Source of the DNA: an uncultured Bacilli bacterium
GTDB lineage: Bacteria; Bacillota_I; Bacilli_A; RFN20; CAG-631
Assembly: GCA_934202505.1 (NCBI GenBank)
Contig: CAKPXW010000002.1
Location: 1 to 41,201, forward strand
DNA: 41,201 bases
Direction: 5' to 3'
Shown: piece by piece, positions 24,429 to 32,747 of the stretch
Layout of the letters: every line of letters starts with the position of its first letter
Position numbering within the stretch: the stretch's first letter is position 1
Notes under the pieces: generated by a model
Told to the model about the DNA's origin: nothing
What the model saw: the letters and a program-made list of their open reading frames with translations, nothing else
Databases searched by the model: none
Program-made: the position numbers and the translations under genes

Positions 24429-25886
24429 TTAATAATTTAAGTTATTAGCTGTTGTGGCTAAAACTAGATTATCATCAATTAGTTTAAACTTCTTTTTCTC
24501 GTAATGTAATATAACCGGAAGATAAACCAAGTTAACAAGTACCCAACTGATTGGGAAGGCCGCATATAACCAATAAATAGTATGGAAAAATGGAGTTTTA
24601 AATATTGTTAATAAGAATAAAATTCTTGTTCCTGAGCAACCAATCATTGTAATAATTGCTGGTGGGGTAGAAACTTTCATACCTCTTAAATAGTTACTAT
24701 TAATATCCATCCAACCATCAATGCAATAAGTAAATGCTAATATAAATAATCTTTCTTTACCAGCATTTAAGGCATTTTCAATAATTATATCATCTGATTC
24801 TGTAATAAATATTGATAATAGTTTATGCGGAATTGCTGCACATACAATTGCACATATAGACCAAAACATCATCATCCAAATAAAAGAATACCAATAACTT
24901 TTACGAATATTTTGTTTATTCATTGCTCCAAAATTTTGGCCAACTAAAGATACTACACCAATTGCAAATGAATCAAGCATTGCAAAAATGTAACCTTCTA
25001 TTTGTGATGAAGCACTAGCTCCAGAAATTATTTCATTTTCTGAAATAGCAACTCCATTTATTGTATAATTATGAATTGTATATAAAGAAGATTGAATTAA
25101 AACATTAGGGATACAAAAGGCAAGTCCTTGAAGTCCAGCAGGAATACCTATTTTTAAAATGTCTAATAATTCTCTTTTAGAAACTTTAAGTTCTTTTAAA
25201 TGCAATTGTACAAATCCATTTTTATTATTCATAAAAATTAAAATAATTAATGTTGCAGAAATTATTTCAGAAATCACAGTAGCATAAGCGACACCTGCAA
25301 CATCCATTTTGAAAAAATAAACAAAAACAAAATCAAACGCAACATTTATTGCCCCAGAAATTGCAAGAACATATAATGGTCTTCTTGAATCTCCAAGCGC
25401 TCTTAACATTTGTGAGCCATAGTTATAAACCATTAAAAATGGTACTCCTAAAAAATAAATTTTAAGATATCTAGTAGCATTTACTATAATATTAGATGGA
25501 GTATCCATTAGTTCAAGAAAAACAGGAGACATAAAAAATCCAAATATTCCAAATATAATACCACCTACTATAGCAATTATAAATGAAGTATGTAATATTC
25601 TATTTGCTCTTTCTTTTTCATTTGAACCTTTAGCAACTGATATGCAAACATTTGAGCCAGTTGCTAAAGATACTAAAACTGTAATAATTAAATTAATTAA
25701 GGCTGAGTTAGATCCAATGGAAGACATTGATAATGGACCTCCACCAAAATTAGATACTGTCCATAAATCAATAGTCGTATATAATAACTGCAATATCGTA
25801 GTAAACATCAACGGAAGTACAAATAGTGGAATTTTCAAGAACAAGTTTCCTTTTGTTAAATCAAGTTCGGATTTTACTTTACTCAC
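24429..25886 (-). CDS. MATE family efflux transporter
   Basis: 485 aa, about 12 TM segments. N-terminal LTKGNLFLKIPLFVLPLMFTTILQLLYTTIDLWTVS is typical of MATE/NorM-like pumps. Confidence 0.85.
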   Translation of the reverse strand: MSKVKSELDLTKGNLFLKIPLFVLPLMFTTILQLLYTTIDLWTVSNFGGGPLSMSSIGSNSALINLIITVLVSLATGSNVCISVAKGSNEKERANRILHTSFIIAIVGGIIFGIFGFFMSPVFLELMDTPSNIIVNATRYLKIYFLGVPFLMVYNYGSQMLRALGDSRRPLYVLAISGAINVAFDFVFVYFFKMDVAGVAYATVISEIISATLIILIFMNNKNGFVQLHLKELKVSKRELLDILKIGIPAGLQGLAFCIPNVLIQSSLYTIHNYTINGVAISENEIISGASASSQIEGYIFAMLDSFAIGVVSLVGQNFGAMNKQNIRKSYWYSFIWMMMFWSICAIVCAAIPHKLLSIFITESDDIIIENALNAGKERLFILAFTYCIDGWMDINSNYLRGMKVSTPPAIITMIGCSGTRILFLLTIFKTPFFHTIYWLYAAFPISWVLVNLVYLPVILHYEKKKFKLIDDNLVLATTANNLNY

Positions 25887-26002
25887 AAATTACACCTTCT
25901 TTTCTTTTACGCAAAGCGTAAGACTTATTATAATACTTTATATTATAATTTGCACTCATATTTTTATTTGTAAGCACTTTCATTATTTTTTCGTAAAATA
26001 TC

Positions 26003-26031
26003 TTGACCTAAAGTAACCTTTAGCGTATAAA
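26003..26031 (+). promoter_or_regulatory. Putative promoter of the AKR operon with an embedded palindrome
   Basis: TTGACC (26003..26008), 17-nt spacer containing CTAAAGTAACCTTTAG, TATAAA (26026..26031). Confidence 0.45.
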
Positions 26032-26063
26032 ATAATTATATGTGTAGAAAGGAATTTAGATAT

Positions 26064-27176
26064 ATGAATTATTTTGCTAATGTCAAAAATAATTTTGGTT
26101 TTGGTTGTATGCGTCTTCCTCTTAAAGATGAAAAAGTCGATTATGATGTTTTTAAAGAAATGATTGATTACTTTTTAAATGAAGGATTTAATTACTTTGA
26201 TACAGCACATATGTATGTTAATGGATTAAGTGAATCTGCCTTAAGAGAATGTCTTGTAAAACGTTATCCTCGTGATAAGTATATATTTACAAATAAATTA
26301 TCTACTTCTTATTTTTCAAAAGAAGAAGAAATCATTCCTCTTTTTGAAAGTCAACTTAAAGAATGTGGATTAGATTATTTTGATTTTTATCTTATGCATT
26401 CTCAAGACAAAGAAATTTTTGAAAAATATAAACGTTGTCATGCTTATGAAATGGCTTTAATGCTTAAAAAGCAAGGAAAAATCAAACATTTTGGCATATC
26501 ATTTCATGATAATGCTAAAGTTTTAGATGAAATACTTACTGAATATCCACAAATTGAAGTTGTACAAATTCAATTCAACTATTTAGATTTTAATGATGAA
26601 GCAATCCAATCAAAACGCTGTTATGAAGTATGTAGAAAGCATAATAAGCCTGTAATTGTTATGGAACCTGTTAAAGGTGGAAGTCTTGTAAACTTACCAA
26701 GTGATGCTAAGAAAATATTAGAAGATTTACATGGTGGATCTACTGCTAGTTACGCTATTCGATTTGCCGCAGGATTTGAAGGAATCTTTATGGTTTTATC
26801 AGGGATGAGTAATCTTGAGCAAATGAAAGATAATCTTTCCTATATGAAAGATTTCAAACCATTAAATGATAAAGAAAAAGAAGCCATTGAAAATGTATGT
26901 AAAGTATTCTATTCCTTGAATATCATATCTTGCACAGCATGTGGATATTGTCTTGATGGCTGTCCCAAACATATTCCAATTCCCAATTTATTTGCTTGTA
27001 TGAATGCTAATATTATTCATCAAGATTGGAACTCTTCTTCTTATTATAATATTTATACAAAAAATGGAGCTAAAGCATCAACTTGTATAAAATGTGGAAA
27101 ATGTGAACATATTTGTCCTCAACACTTGCCAATTAGAAAATTATTAGAAGATGTTTCTAAAAAATTTGATAATTAA
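26064..27176 (+). CDS. Aldo/keto reductase with a C-terminal 2x[4Fe-4S] ferredoxin-type domain
   Basis: FGCMRLP, FDTAHMY and YLMH AKR motifs. C-terminal CTACGYCLDGCP and CIKCGKCEHICP clusters. Start 26064 or 26040. Confidence 0.8.
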   Translation: MNYFANVKNNFGFGCMRLPLKDEKVDYDVFKEMIDYFLNEGFNYFDTAHMYVNGLSESALRECLVKRYPRDKYIFTNKLSTSYFSKEEEIIPLFESQLKECGLDYFDFYLMHSQDKEIFEKYKRCHAYEMALMLKKQGKIKHFGISFHDNAKVLDEILTEYPQIEVVQIQFNYLDFNDEAIQSKRCYEVCRKHNKPVIVMEPVKGGSLVNLPSDAKKILEDLHGGSTASYAIRFAAGFEGIFMVLSGMSNLEQMKDNLSYMKDFKPLNDKEKEAIENVCKVFYSLNIISCTACGYCLDGCPKHIPIPNLFACMNANIIHQDWNSSSYYNIYTKNGAKASTCIKCGKCEHICPQHLPIRKLLEDVSKKFDN

Positions 27177-27194
27177 TAAAAGGAGTAAAACATT

Positions 27195-27767
27195 ATGATT
27201 GAAAATATTTTAATAAATAAAAATTTATCTATTCGTACTAGAATAACTATTAAAAGCTTAATTTCTATTAGTCTTATTATACTTTCTGTATGCTTACCTC
27301 AAATGGCCCATTTAATCATTAAAAATCAATCTGGAATTAAATTGTTACCAATGTATTTTCCTATTTTAATCGGTGGATGTTTATTAGGAATTAAATATGG
27401 ATTATTTGTAAGTATATTTTCTCCTATTATGAGTTATCTATTTACATCATTATTAAATAATCCAATGCCTACTTTAGAAAGATTACCTTTCATGATAGCT
27501 GAACTTTCTATATTTGCTATTATTACTGGATTATTTTCTAAAAAAATTGCTAAAAATCCTTATCTTTCTTTTATTGCTGTAATTCTTGCATTTATCGTAG
27601 GAAGATCTTCTTTCTTATTACTAACAATAATCTTCCAAAATATGGTTTCTTTTACTCCAACTATAATTTTTAATCAAATAAAAATGGGGTATTTGGGAGT
27701 TATAATTCAAACAATAATTGTTCCATTAATTATTATATTAATTCAAAACAAAATGATTAAGGAGTAA
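27195..27767 (+). CDS. Small integral membrane protein, ECF-transporter S-component-like
   Basis: 190 aa with about 5-6 TM helices; AGGAG RBS. Family assignment is tentative. Confidence 0.5.
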   Translation: MIENILINKNLSIRTRITIKSLISISLIILSVCLPQMAHLIIKNQSGIKLLPMYFPILIGGCLLGIKYGLFVSIFSPIMSYLFTSLLNNPMPTLERLPFMIAELSIFAIITGLFSKKIAKNPYLSFIAVILAFIVGRSSFLLLTIIFQNMVSFTPTIIFNQIKMGYLGVIIQTIIVPLIIILIQNKMIKE

Positions 27768-27770
27768 CAA

Positions 27771-28178
27771 ATGACTAATCTTGATCAAGCTATTTCTCAA
27801 TTAAACAATCATTCTATTGTACTTATTGATGAAAAGGAAATCATAGTAAGTGATCAAAAAGGAATTATCCCTTTACTTGAATTAATAAATAGTAATAAAG
27901 AATTAAGCAACTTTTCTATTGCAGATAAAGTTGTAGGAAAAGCTGTAGCAATTTTAATACTAAAAGCTAATATTAAAAATGTATATGCTAAAACTTTATC
28001 AGTTTCTGCTAAAAATCTTCTTGAAAAAAGGCATATAAATGTAAAATATTCTTTTCTAGTTGACGTTATTAAAAATAAAGACAATACAGATATTTGTCCT
28101 ATGGAAAAAGCAATTGCAAATATTGATGATATTGAAGAAGGCTATAGAATTTTAAAAGAAAAGGTACATATAAAATAA
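27771..28178 (+). CDS. DUF1893 (TM1506-like) domain protein
   Basis: 135 aa. GIIPLLELI, DKVVGKAVA and ICPMEKA segments match my memory of DUF1893. Confidence 0.55.
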   Translation: MTNLDQAISQLNNHSIVLIDEKEIIVSDQKGIIPLLELINSNKELSNFSIADKVVGKAVAILILKANIKNVYAKTLSVSAKNLLEKRHINVKYSFLVDVIKNKDNTDICPMEKAIANIDDIEEGYRILKEKVHIK

Positions 28179-28189
28179 CATGTATAATA

Positions 28190-28217
28190 AAAGGTTGGGC
28201 GCAATTGCTCAACCTTT
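28190..28217. terminator. Bidirectional terminator between convergent operons
   Basis: AAAGGTTGGGC-GCAATT-GCTCAACCTTT 11-bp stem (one G-T pair) with a T-run after and A-rich sequence before. Confidence 0.7.
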
Positions 28218-29163
28218 ATTTTGTATTTGCAAGATTTAAAACTGGATCTTTTATTTCTTTTATTTTTTCAATGCTTTCTGGAACTAAAACAAGTTCATCT
28301 TCTTGATATTCTTCTGACCATCTAGAAGTAATTTTAGCTTTAATATGCAACCACATACGATCTTTTATTGTAAAAGTGGCATTATCAATCGCTAGATGAC
28401 CATATAATTGAATATCATTACTACAACATGTCATAGCTAAACGTCCGGCAATAAAAGTCTTTTTAGGCAATGATTTTGATAAAACTGCCATACAATTAAA
28501 TTCAACAACTTTATCTATATATTTATCACGATGATCAAATGTATCTATATACCAAATACCATAGTCTTCATCCTTAATGTTAATAACTGGTGCTTCTATG
28601 TCATAAGGTAATTCTATTTCAAAAGCATCTTGTAGTCTACCTTCTTTATCCATTTCCATAAATTGGGCATTACCATTTGTAAGTTTAAAACTACTAGAGT
28701 AAGGTGCAAGTTTATCTAATTCACCATTCACATTAATAAATACAACAACATCTGATTGTTTAATTACATCAAGAAATTGTTGACGCATATTAGCAAAATA
28801 AATTGGAAAAGTTTTAAAATTTATAAAGTTAATCATTTGATAAACTTTAAAGAACTCAGGAAATTGGATTAATTTTAAATCCCACATACCATTAAGTTCA
28901 ATTACAATTCTACTTGGCATTTTATCAATAACTAATTCTTGAAGTTTCAACACAGAGAACTCACTTTGATCTTCAAAATATACCACTTCTGAATTATATT
29001 TTTTTAGGAATTCTTCTTCGTATTCTACTTCGCCTTGTTCACAAGCAAGAATTAAAGTTTTACCTTTTTTATAAAAATCATCACCAGCAATTGTATCTTT
29101 TATAAATGTTGTTTTCCCAGATTCTAGTAAACCATCTATAACATAAATAGGTAATGTTTTCAT
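28216..29163 (-). CDS. G3E-like P-loop protein fused to a Cys-containing C-terminal domain (DUF1980/YcgQ-C-like)
   Basis: Walker A GLLESGKTT but no CxCC motif. The C-terminal GRLAMTCCSNDIQLYG resembles the CCxxD motif of TIGR03943/DUF1980 proteins. Confidence 0.55.
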   Translation of the reverse strand: MKTLPIYVIDGLLESGKTTFIKDTIAGDDFYKKGKTLILACEQGEVEYEEEFLKKYNSEVVYFEDQSEFSVLKLQELVIDKMPSRIVIELNGMWDLKLIQFPEFFKVYQMINFINFKTFPIYFANMRQQFLDVIKQSDVVVFINVNGELDKLAPYSSSFKLTNGNAQFMEMDKEGRLQDAFEIELPYDIEAPVINIKDEDYGIWYIDTFDHRDKYIDKVVEFNCMAVLSKSLPKKTFIAGRLAMTCCSNDIQLYGHLAIDNATFTIKDRMWLHIKAKITSRWSEEYQEDELVLVPESIEKIKEIKDPVLNLANTK

Positions 29164-29164
29164 A

Positions 29165-30382
29165 TTATCCTCTATTGAAGAATAATTCTTCTATCTTATG
29201 TTCATCAATTTTTGAACCAATTACTACAATTCTTCCTGTATAGTCAGGTTCTCCTAAACGAATTTCGTAGTCTCCAACAACATAATCAAAGTAATACCAT
29301 TTTTCATTGTCACTTGCTTTTAAAATTCCTTTTGAACGTAAAATTATTCCAAGAGATTCATCAGTTGCTAATGTATTTAAGAATTTTTCAAGTTGTTCTT
29401 TACTTATAGAAACAGATGTTTCTTTACCCCAACTTGTAAATACTTCATCGGCATCATGACCATGGTGATGATGATGTTCATGACCTTCTTCATGATGATG
29501 ATGGCAGCAACATTCATCGTCATGATCATCTTCATGTTCTTCTTCATGATGATGGTGACAACAACATCCATCGTCATGATCATCTTCATGTTCTTCTTCA
29601 TGATGGTGATGACAACAACATCCATCGTCATGATCATCTTCATGTTCTTCTTCATGATGATGATGACAACAACATTCATCATCGTGATCATCTTCATGTT
29701 CTTCTTCATGATGATGATGACAACAACATTCATCATCGTGATTATGTTTATGTTCTTCTATCATTTGTTGAAGCATTTCATCTTTTAAAGATACTTTTTC
29801 TTCTAAAACAGCTAATAATTTATTTCCATCTAATTGAGAAATTGGTGTTGTTATTATATTAGCGTGATCATTCTTTTCTTTTATTAAATCAACAACTTCT
29901 TGGATTTTTTCTTCAGTTGTTTTATCAGATTTTGATACTACAATAGTATTTGCGGCTTCTATTTGATTATTAAAGAATTCGCCAAAATTTTTCATATACA
30001 TTTTTGCTTTTGGCCCATCAACAACTGTAGCAATAATATTTAATTTTAAATCAGCATCTACTTTTAAAACAGCATTAACAATATCTGATAATTTTCCAAC
30101 TCCTGATGGTTCAATAATTATTCTTTCAGGATTAAATTTATTAATAACTTCTTTCATAGAAGATTCAAAATCTCCTACCAAAGAGCAACAAATACAACCA
30201 GAATTTATTTCTTTAATATTAACTCCTGATTCCTTTAAAAAGGTTCCATCTATTCCTATTTCTCCAAATTCATTTTCAATCAAAACAACTTTTTCTTTTT
30301 TAAAAGAACTTTCAAATAGTTTTTTAATAAGTGTTGTTTTCCCAGCTCCTAAAAAGCCTGAAATAACATCTACTTTTATCAT
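29165..30382 (-). CDS. COG0523 (CobW/ZigA/ZagA-type) G3E metallochaperone GTPase with an expanded Cys/His repeat linker
   Basis: GFLGAGKTT Walker A, GCICCS metal motif, EPSGVG, CobW_C-like C-terminus, and five HDDECCCHHHHEEEHEDD repeats in between. Confidence 0.85.
   Translation of the reverse strand: MIKVDVISGFLGAGKTTLIKKLFESSFKKEKVVLIENEFGEIGIDGTFLKESGVNIKEINSGCICCSLVGDFESSMKEVINKFNPERIIIEPSGVGKLSDIVNAVLKVDADLKLNIIATVVDGPKAKMYMKNFGEFFNNQIEAANTIVVSKSDKTTEEKIQEVVDLIKEKNDHANIITTPISQLDGNKLLAVLEEKVSLKDEMLQQMIEEHKHNHDDECCCHHHHEEEHEDDHDDECCCHHHHEEEHEDDHDDGCCCHHHHEEEHEDDHDDGCCCHHHHEEEHEDDHDDECCCHHHHEEGHEHHHHHGHDADEVFTSWGKETSVSISKEQLEKFLNTLATDESLGIILRSKGILKASDNEKWYYFDYVVGDYEIRLGEPDYTGRIVVIGSKIDEHKIEELFFNRG
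29479..29757 (-). repeat. About five tandem copies of a 54-bp coding repeat
   Basis: Plus-strand unit CATCGTCATGATCATCTTCATGTTCTTCTTCATGATGATGGTGACAACAACATC repeats head-to-tail from about 29515, with only a few substitutions per copy. Confidence 0.9.
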
Positions 30383-30677
30383 ATTATCCTCTCCTTTTTG
30401 ACTAAACTATATTGTACCACATTTTTTTAAATGTTAACATTCTTAAAAATATTATTTTTAACAATTTAATTTATGATTGTCACTTAAATTGATACCATTG
30501 TGGGACACTTATTATCTTTTTTTAGTAAAAATATAATATTTGTGGGACAAAAATGCTATTTTAATTGAAAAATCGTTTTAAATTTGCATTTTTTTTGATA
30601 TAATTAATGTAGTTTAAGAAATTGAAAAAAAATTTCTTTATTTTAAAATATGTAAACAAAAATAGGAGGAAAATAAA

Positions 30678-31439
30678 ATGGCTACAACTAAAAAGACTGC
30701 TACAAAAGTTGAAGAAGTTAAAGTATCTAATGTTCAAGGAAAATTTGAAGTATTTCCTGTAGGTGATGTATTTATGTATAGATTAAAAGCATCAAATGGA
30801 GAAATTCTTGTTACATCAGAGTTATATTCTTCATTAAAAGGTGCTAAAACTGCTATTGATACCGTAATAAAAAGTATAAATGATGGAACTATTAGTGTAA
30901 CTAAAGATAAGCATAGTTATTATCAATTTAAGTTATTTAGTTCTAATAAAAGACTTTTAGTTGCTTCGGCCAATTACCCATCCCAAGATCGTTGTGAAAG
31001 TGCTGCACAATCATTTAAAAAATTTGCAGTAAACGCAAAGATTGTTGAACTTGAAAAAGATGAAGAACAACTAATAGAAGAAATCACTATTGAAAAGAAA
31101 GAAAATAAAAAAGGTGGAAAACTAATTATTAGTGTTGCTGATGGCGAATTTGATTTTAAATTAACTGCAAGTAATGGAGCAATTATTGCTTCTTCAGAAA
31201 TTTATAAATCAAAAGCTGGTGCTGTTAGTGGAATTGATACTTTTAAGCAAGCTATCGCTAATGGAAAGTTTTTTGTTGTTAAAGATAAACGATCTATGTA
31301 TCAATTCAAATTATATTCTTCTGCTGGTAGAGTAGTTGTTTATGGAGAAGTATATAAAACAAAAGCACAAGCTATTTCTGCTGCTAATTCTGTTACTTCT
31401 TTTATTGAAAGTGCTGAACTTGTTGACTCTACAAAATAA
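30678..31439 (+). CDS. YegP-family protein with four DUF1508 repeats
   Basis: AGGAGG RBS. Four copies of the F(x)F(K/R)L(x)A/S(x)NG...(I/L)(x)(x)S(E)(x)Y(x)(S/T)K(x)(x)A pattern, e.g. YRLKASNGEILVTSELYSSLKGAKTAI and FKLTASNGAIIASSEIYKSKAGAVSGI. Confidence 0.8.
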   Translation: MATTKKTATKVEEVKVSNVQGKFEVFPVGDVFMYRLKASNGEILVTSELYSSLKGAKTAIDTVIKSINDGTISVTKDKHSYYQFKLFSSNKRLLVASANYPSQDRCESAAQSFKKFAVNAKIVELEKDEEQLIEEITIEKKENKKGGKLIISVADGEFDFKLTASNGAIIASSEIYKSKAGAVSGIDTFKQAIANGKFFVVKDKRSMYQFKLYSSAGRVVVYGEVYKTKAQAISAANSVTSFIESAELVDSTK

Positions 31440-31463
31440 AAATCATTTCCATACAAAACAAAA

Positions 31464-31510
31464 AAACTCTAGTAAACTATGCCATAATATTTATGTTTAT
31501 TAGAGTTTTT
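31464..31510. terminator. Bidirectional terminator
   Basis: AAACTCTAGTAAAC / GTTTATTAGAGTTT 14-bp stem (one G-T pair) flanked by A- and T-runs, between convergent genes. Confidence 0.6.
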
Positions 31511-31530
31511 AATTTATAATTTTATTAATC

Positions 31531-31806
31531 TTATTTATGCTTCCAACTATAGTATTGTTCATCTATAGAATAGTCAAATTCTTCTTCTTTATTTTCATAT
31601 ACAACGAACTTATTATTTTTATATAAAGAGAGAAAATCATCATAACTAACACTATATTTGGCATTACTATCTATTACCATTATTTTATCGTTTTTAATAA
31701 AAAAATAACATTTATGATTATTTTCAAACAATAGTAAAATTTCTTTGCTTTTTATTAATTTTAAAGCATCTATAACATTATCAACTATTTTTAAATCTTG
31801 TTCCAT
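31531..31806 (-). CDS. Hypothetical small protein
   Basis: 91-aa ORF with a GGTGAAAAAATG RBS context; no motif recognised. Confidence 0.5.
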   Translation of the reverse strand: MEQDLKIVDNVIDALKLIKSKEILLLFENNHKCYFFIKNDKIMVIDSNAKYSVSYDDFLSLYKNNKFVVYENKEEEFDYSIDEQYYSWKHK

Positions 31807-31873
31807 TTTTTCACCTTATTTCATTTTAAGTATACATATCTTAAAATATTATTACAATTATTTTGGAGAAATT

Positions 31874-32695
31874 ATGAAAAAAAGTAAAATATTAAGAAAT
31901 TTAATAATTAAATCCTTACTTATTTGTTTAGTGGGTACTTTTTCATTTTTTACTTTTTCTTCTGTAGATGAAAACATTCAAATAAAGCAAGAAATTAATG
32001 ATTTCAAAAAAAACAGTTCTTTTTATTGTTATAGCCAAAAATATAATACAAATTTTTATATTGTACATAATAATAATATTTCCAACACTTCTACTTCACC
32101 ATCTTTTTCCATTGTTAATGAAGAAATATATCCAGGATATAATGGCGATATTTTATGTTCTTTAAAAAATGAACATTATAATAAAGTAGTGTCTTCCTTG
32201 TTTTCATTTTATTTTGGAGGACATGCTGCTTTGGTATGTAATGGAGAAAAATTATTTCAAACTACTGGATATTCTCCAACTAAAGAAAATTATGCTACTT
32301 ATGATGAAAACAATTGGTTATACAATCATGACATTCGTTTTAATTATGTAGGATTAAAAATAAATGTCTCTCAAGAAGAAAAAGATTTAGTTGTTAAAGA
32401 AAGCATTAAACTTCAATATAAGCCTTATAATTTTCTATTTATTATTAACAATAAAAATGCGTATTATTGCACAGATTTAATTGAAAGATTATATAAAGAA
32501 TATACTAAAGTAAACTTAAATGAAGATGAGATTATTGTATCTGTGCAAGATATTATTGTTTCTTCTTATTCTTCTATATTTTTATATAAAGAACTAAATC
32601 CTATTTCTAAAGAAAATAGAGATAATAATCTTGGTGATTATAATATGTATTTTTTAGATGATGGAAATGACTATCTTAATTACTTAAGTAAATAA
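31874..32695 (+). CDS. Membrane-anchored permuted papain-like (YiiX/NlpC-P60 superfamily) protein
   Basis: GGAG RBS before the ATG at 31874 and an N-terminal TM. The His-then-Cys order (FGGHAALV ... YYCTDLIERLY) suggests a permuted papain fold. Confidence 0.5.
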   Translation: MKKSKILRNLIIKSLLICLVGTFSFFTFSSVDENIQIKQEINDFKKNSSFYCYSQKYNTNFYIVHNNNISNTSTSPSFSIVNEEIYPGYNGDILCSLKNEHYNKVVSSLFSFYFGGHAALVCNGEKLFQTTGYSPTKENYATYDENNWLYNHDIRFNYVGLKINVSQEEKDLVVKESIKLQYKPYNFLFIINNKNAYYCTDLIERLYKEYTKVNLNEDEIIVSVQDIIVSSYSSIFLYKELNPISKENRDNNLGDYNMYFLDDGNDYLNYLSK

Positions 32696-32696
32696 T

Positions 32697-32745
32697 AAAA
32701 ATCTTCAAAATGTGTTTTACAATTTAACACAAATTGAAGATTTTA
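32697..32745. terminator. Bidirectional terminator
   Basis: AATCTTCAAAATGTGTT / AACACAAATTGAAGATT long stem with an internal AA/AA mismatch, flanked by A- and T-runs. Confidence 0.7.
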
Positions 32746-32747
32746 TT

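Noticed and set aside
29393-29788. 131-aa plus-strand ORF (M/F/T-rich) and 110-aa minus-strand ORF 29404..29736 within the 54-bp repeat array
   Set aside because: Both are alternative-frame readings of the tandem repeat. Their periodic nonsense composition, lack of an RBS, and the flanking COG0523 domains in the other frame show that they are artefacts.
1908-31873. Longest-ORF starts from the track (1908, 5726, 8245, 10159 TTG, 12758, 21775, 22389 TTG, 26040, 31745, 34385 GTG, 37215)
   Set aside because: In each case a downstream ATG has a properly spaced GGAG-type RBS and/or begins the signal peptide or the conserved domain. The upstream extensions run through promoter or terminator sequence.
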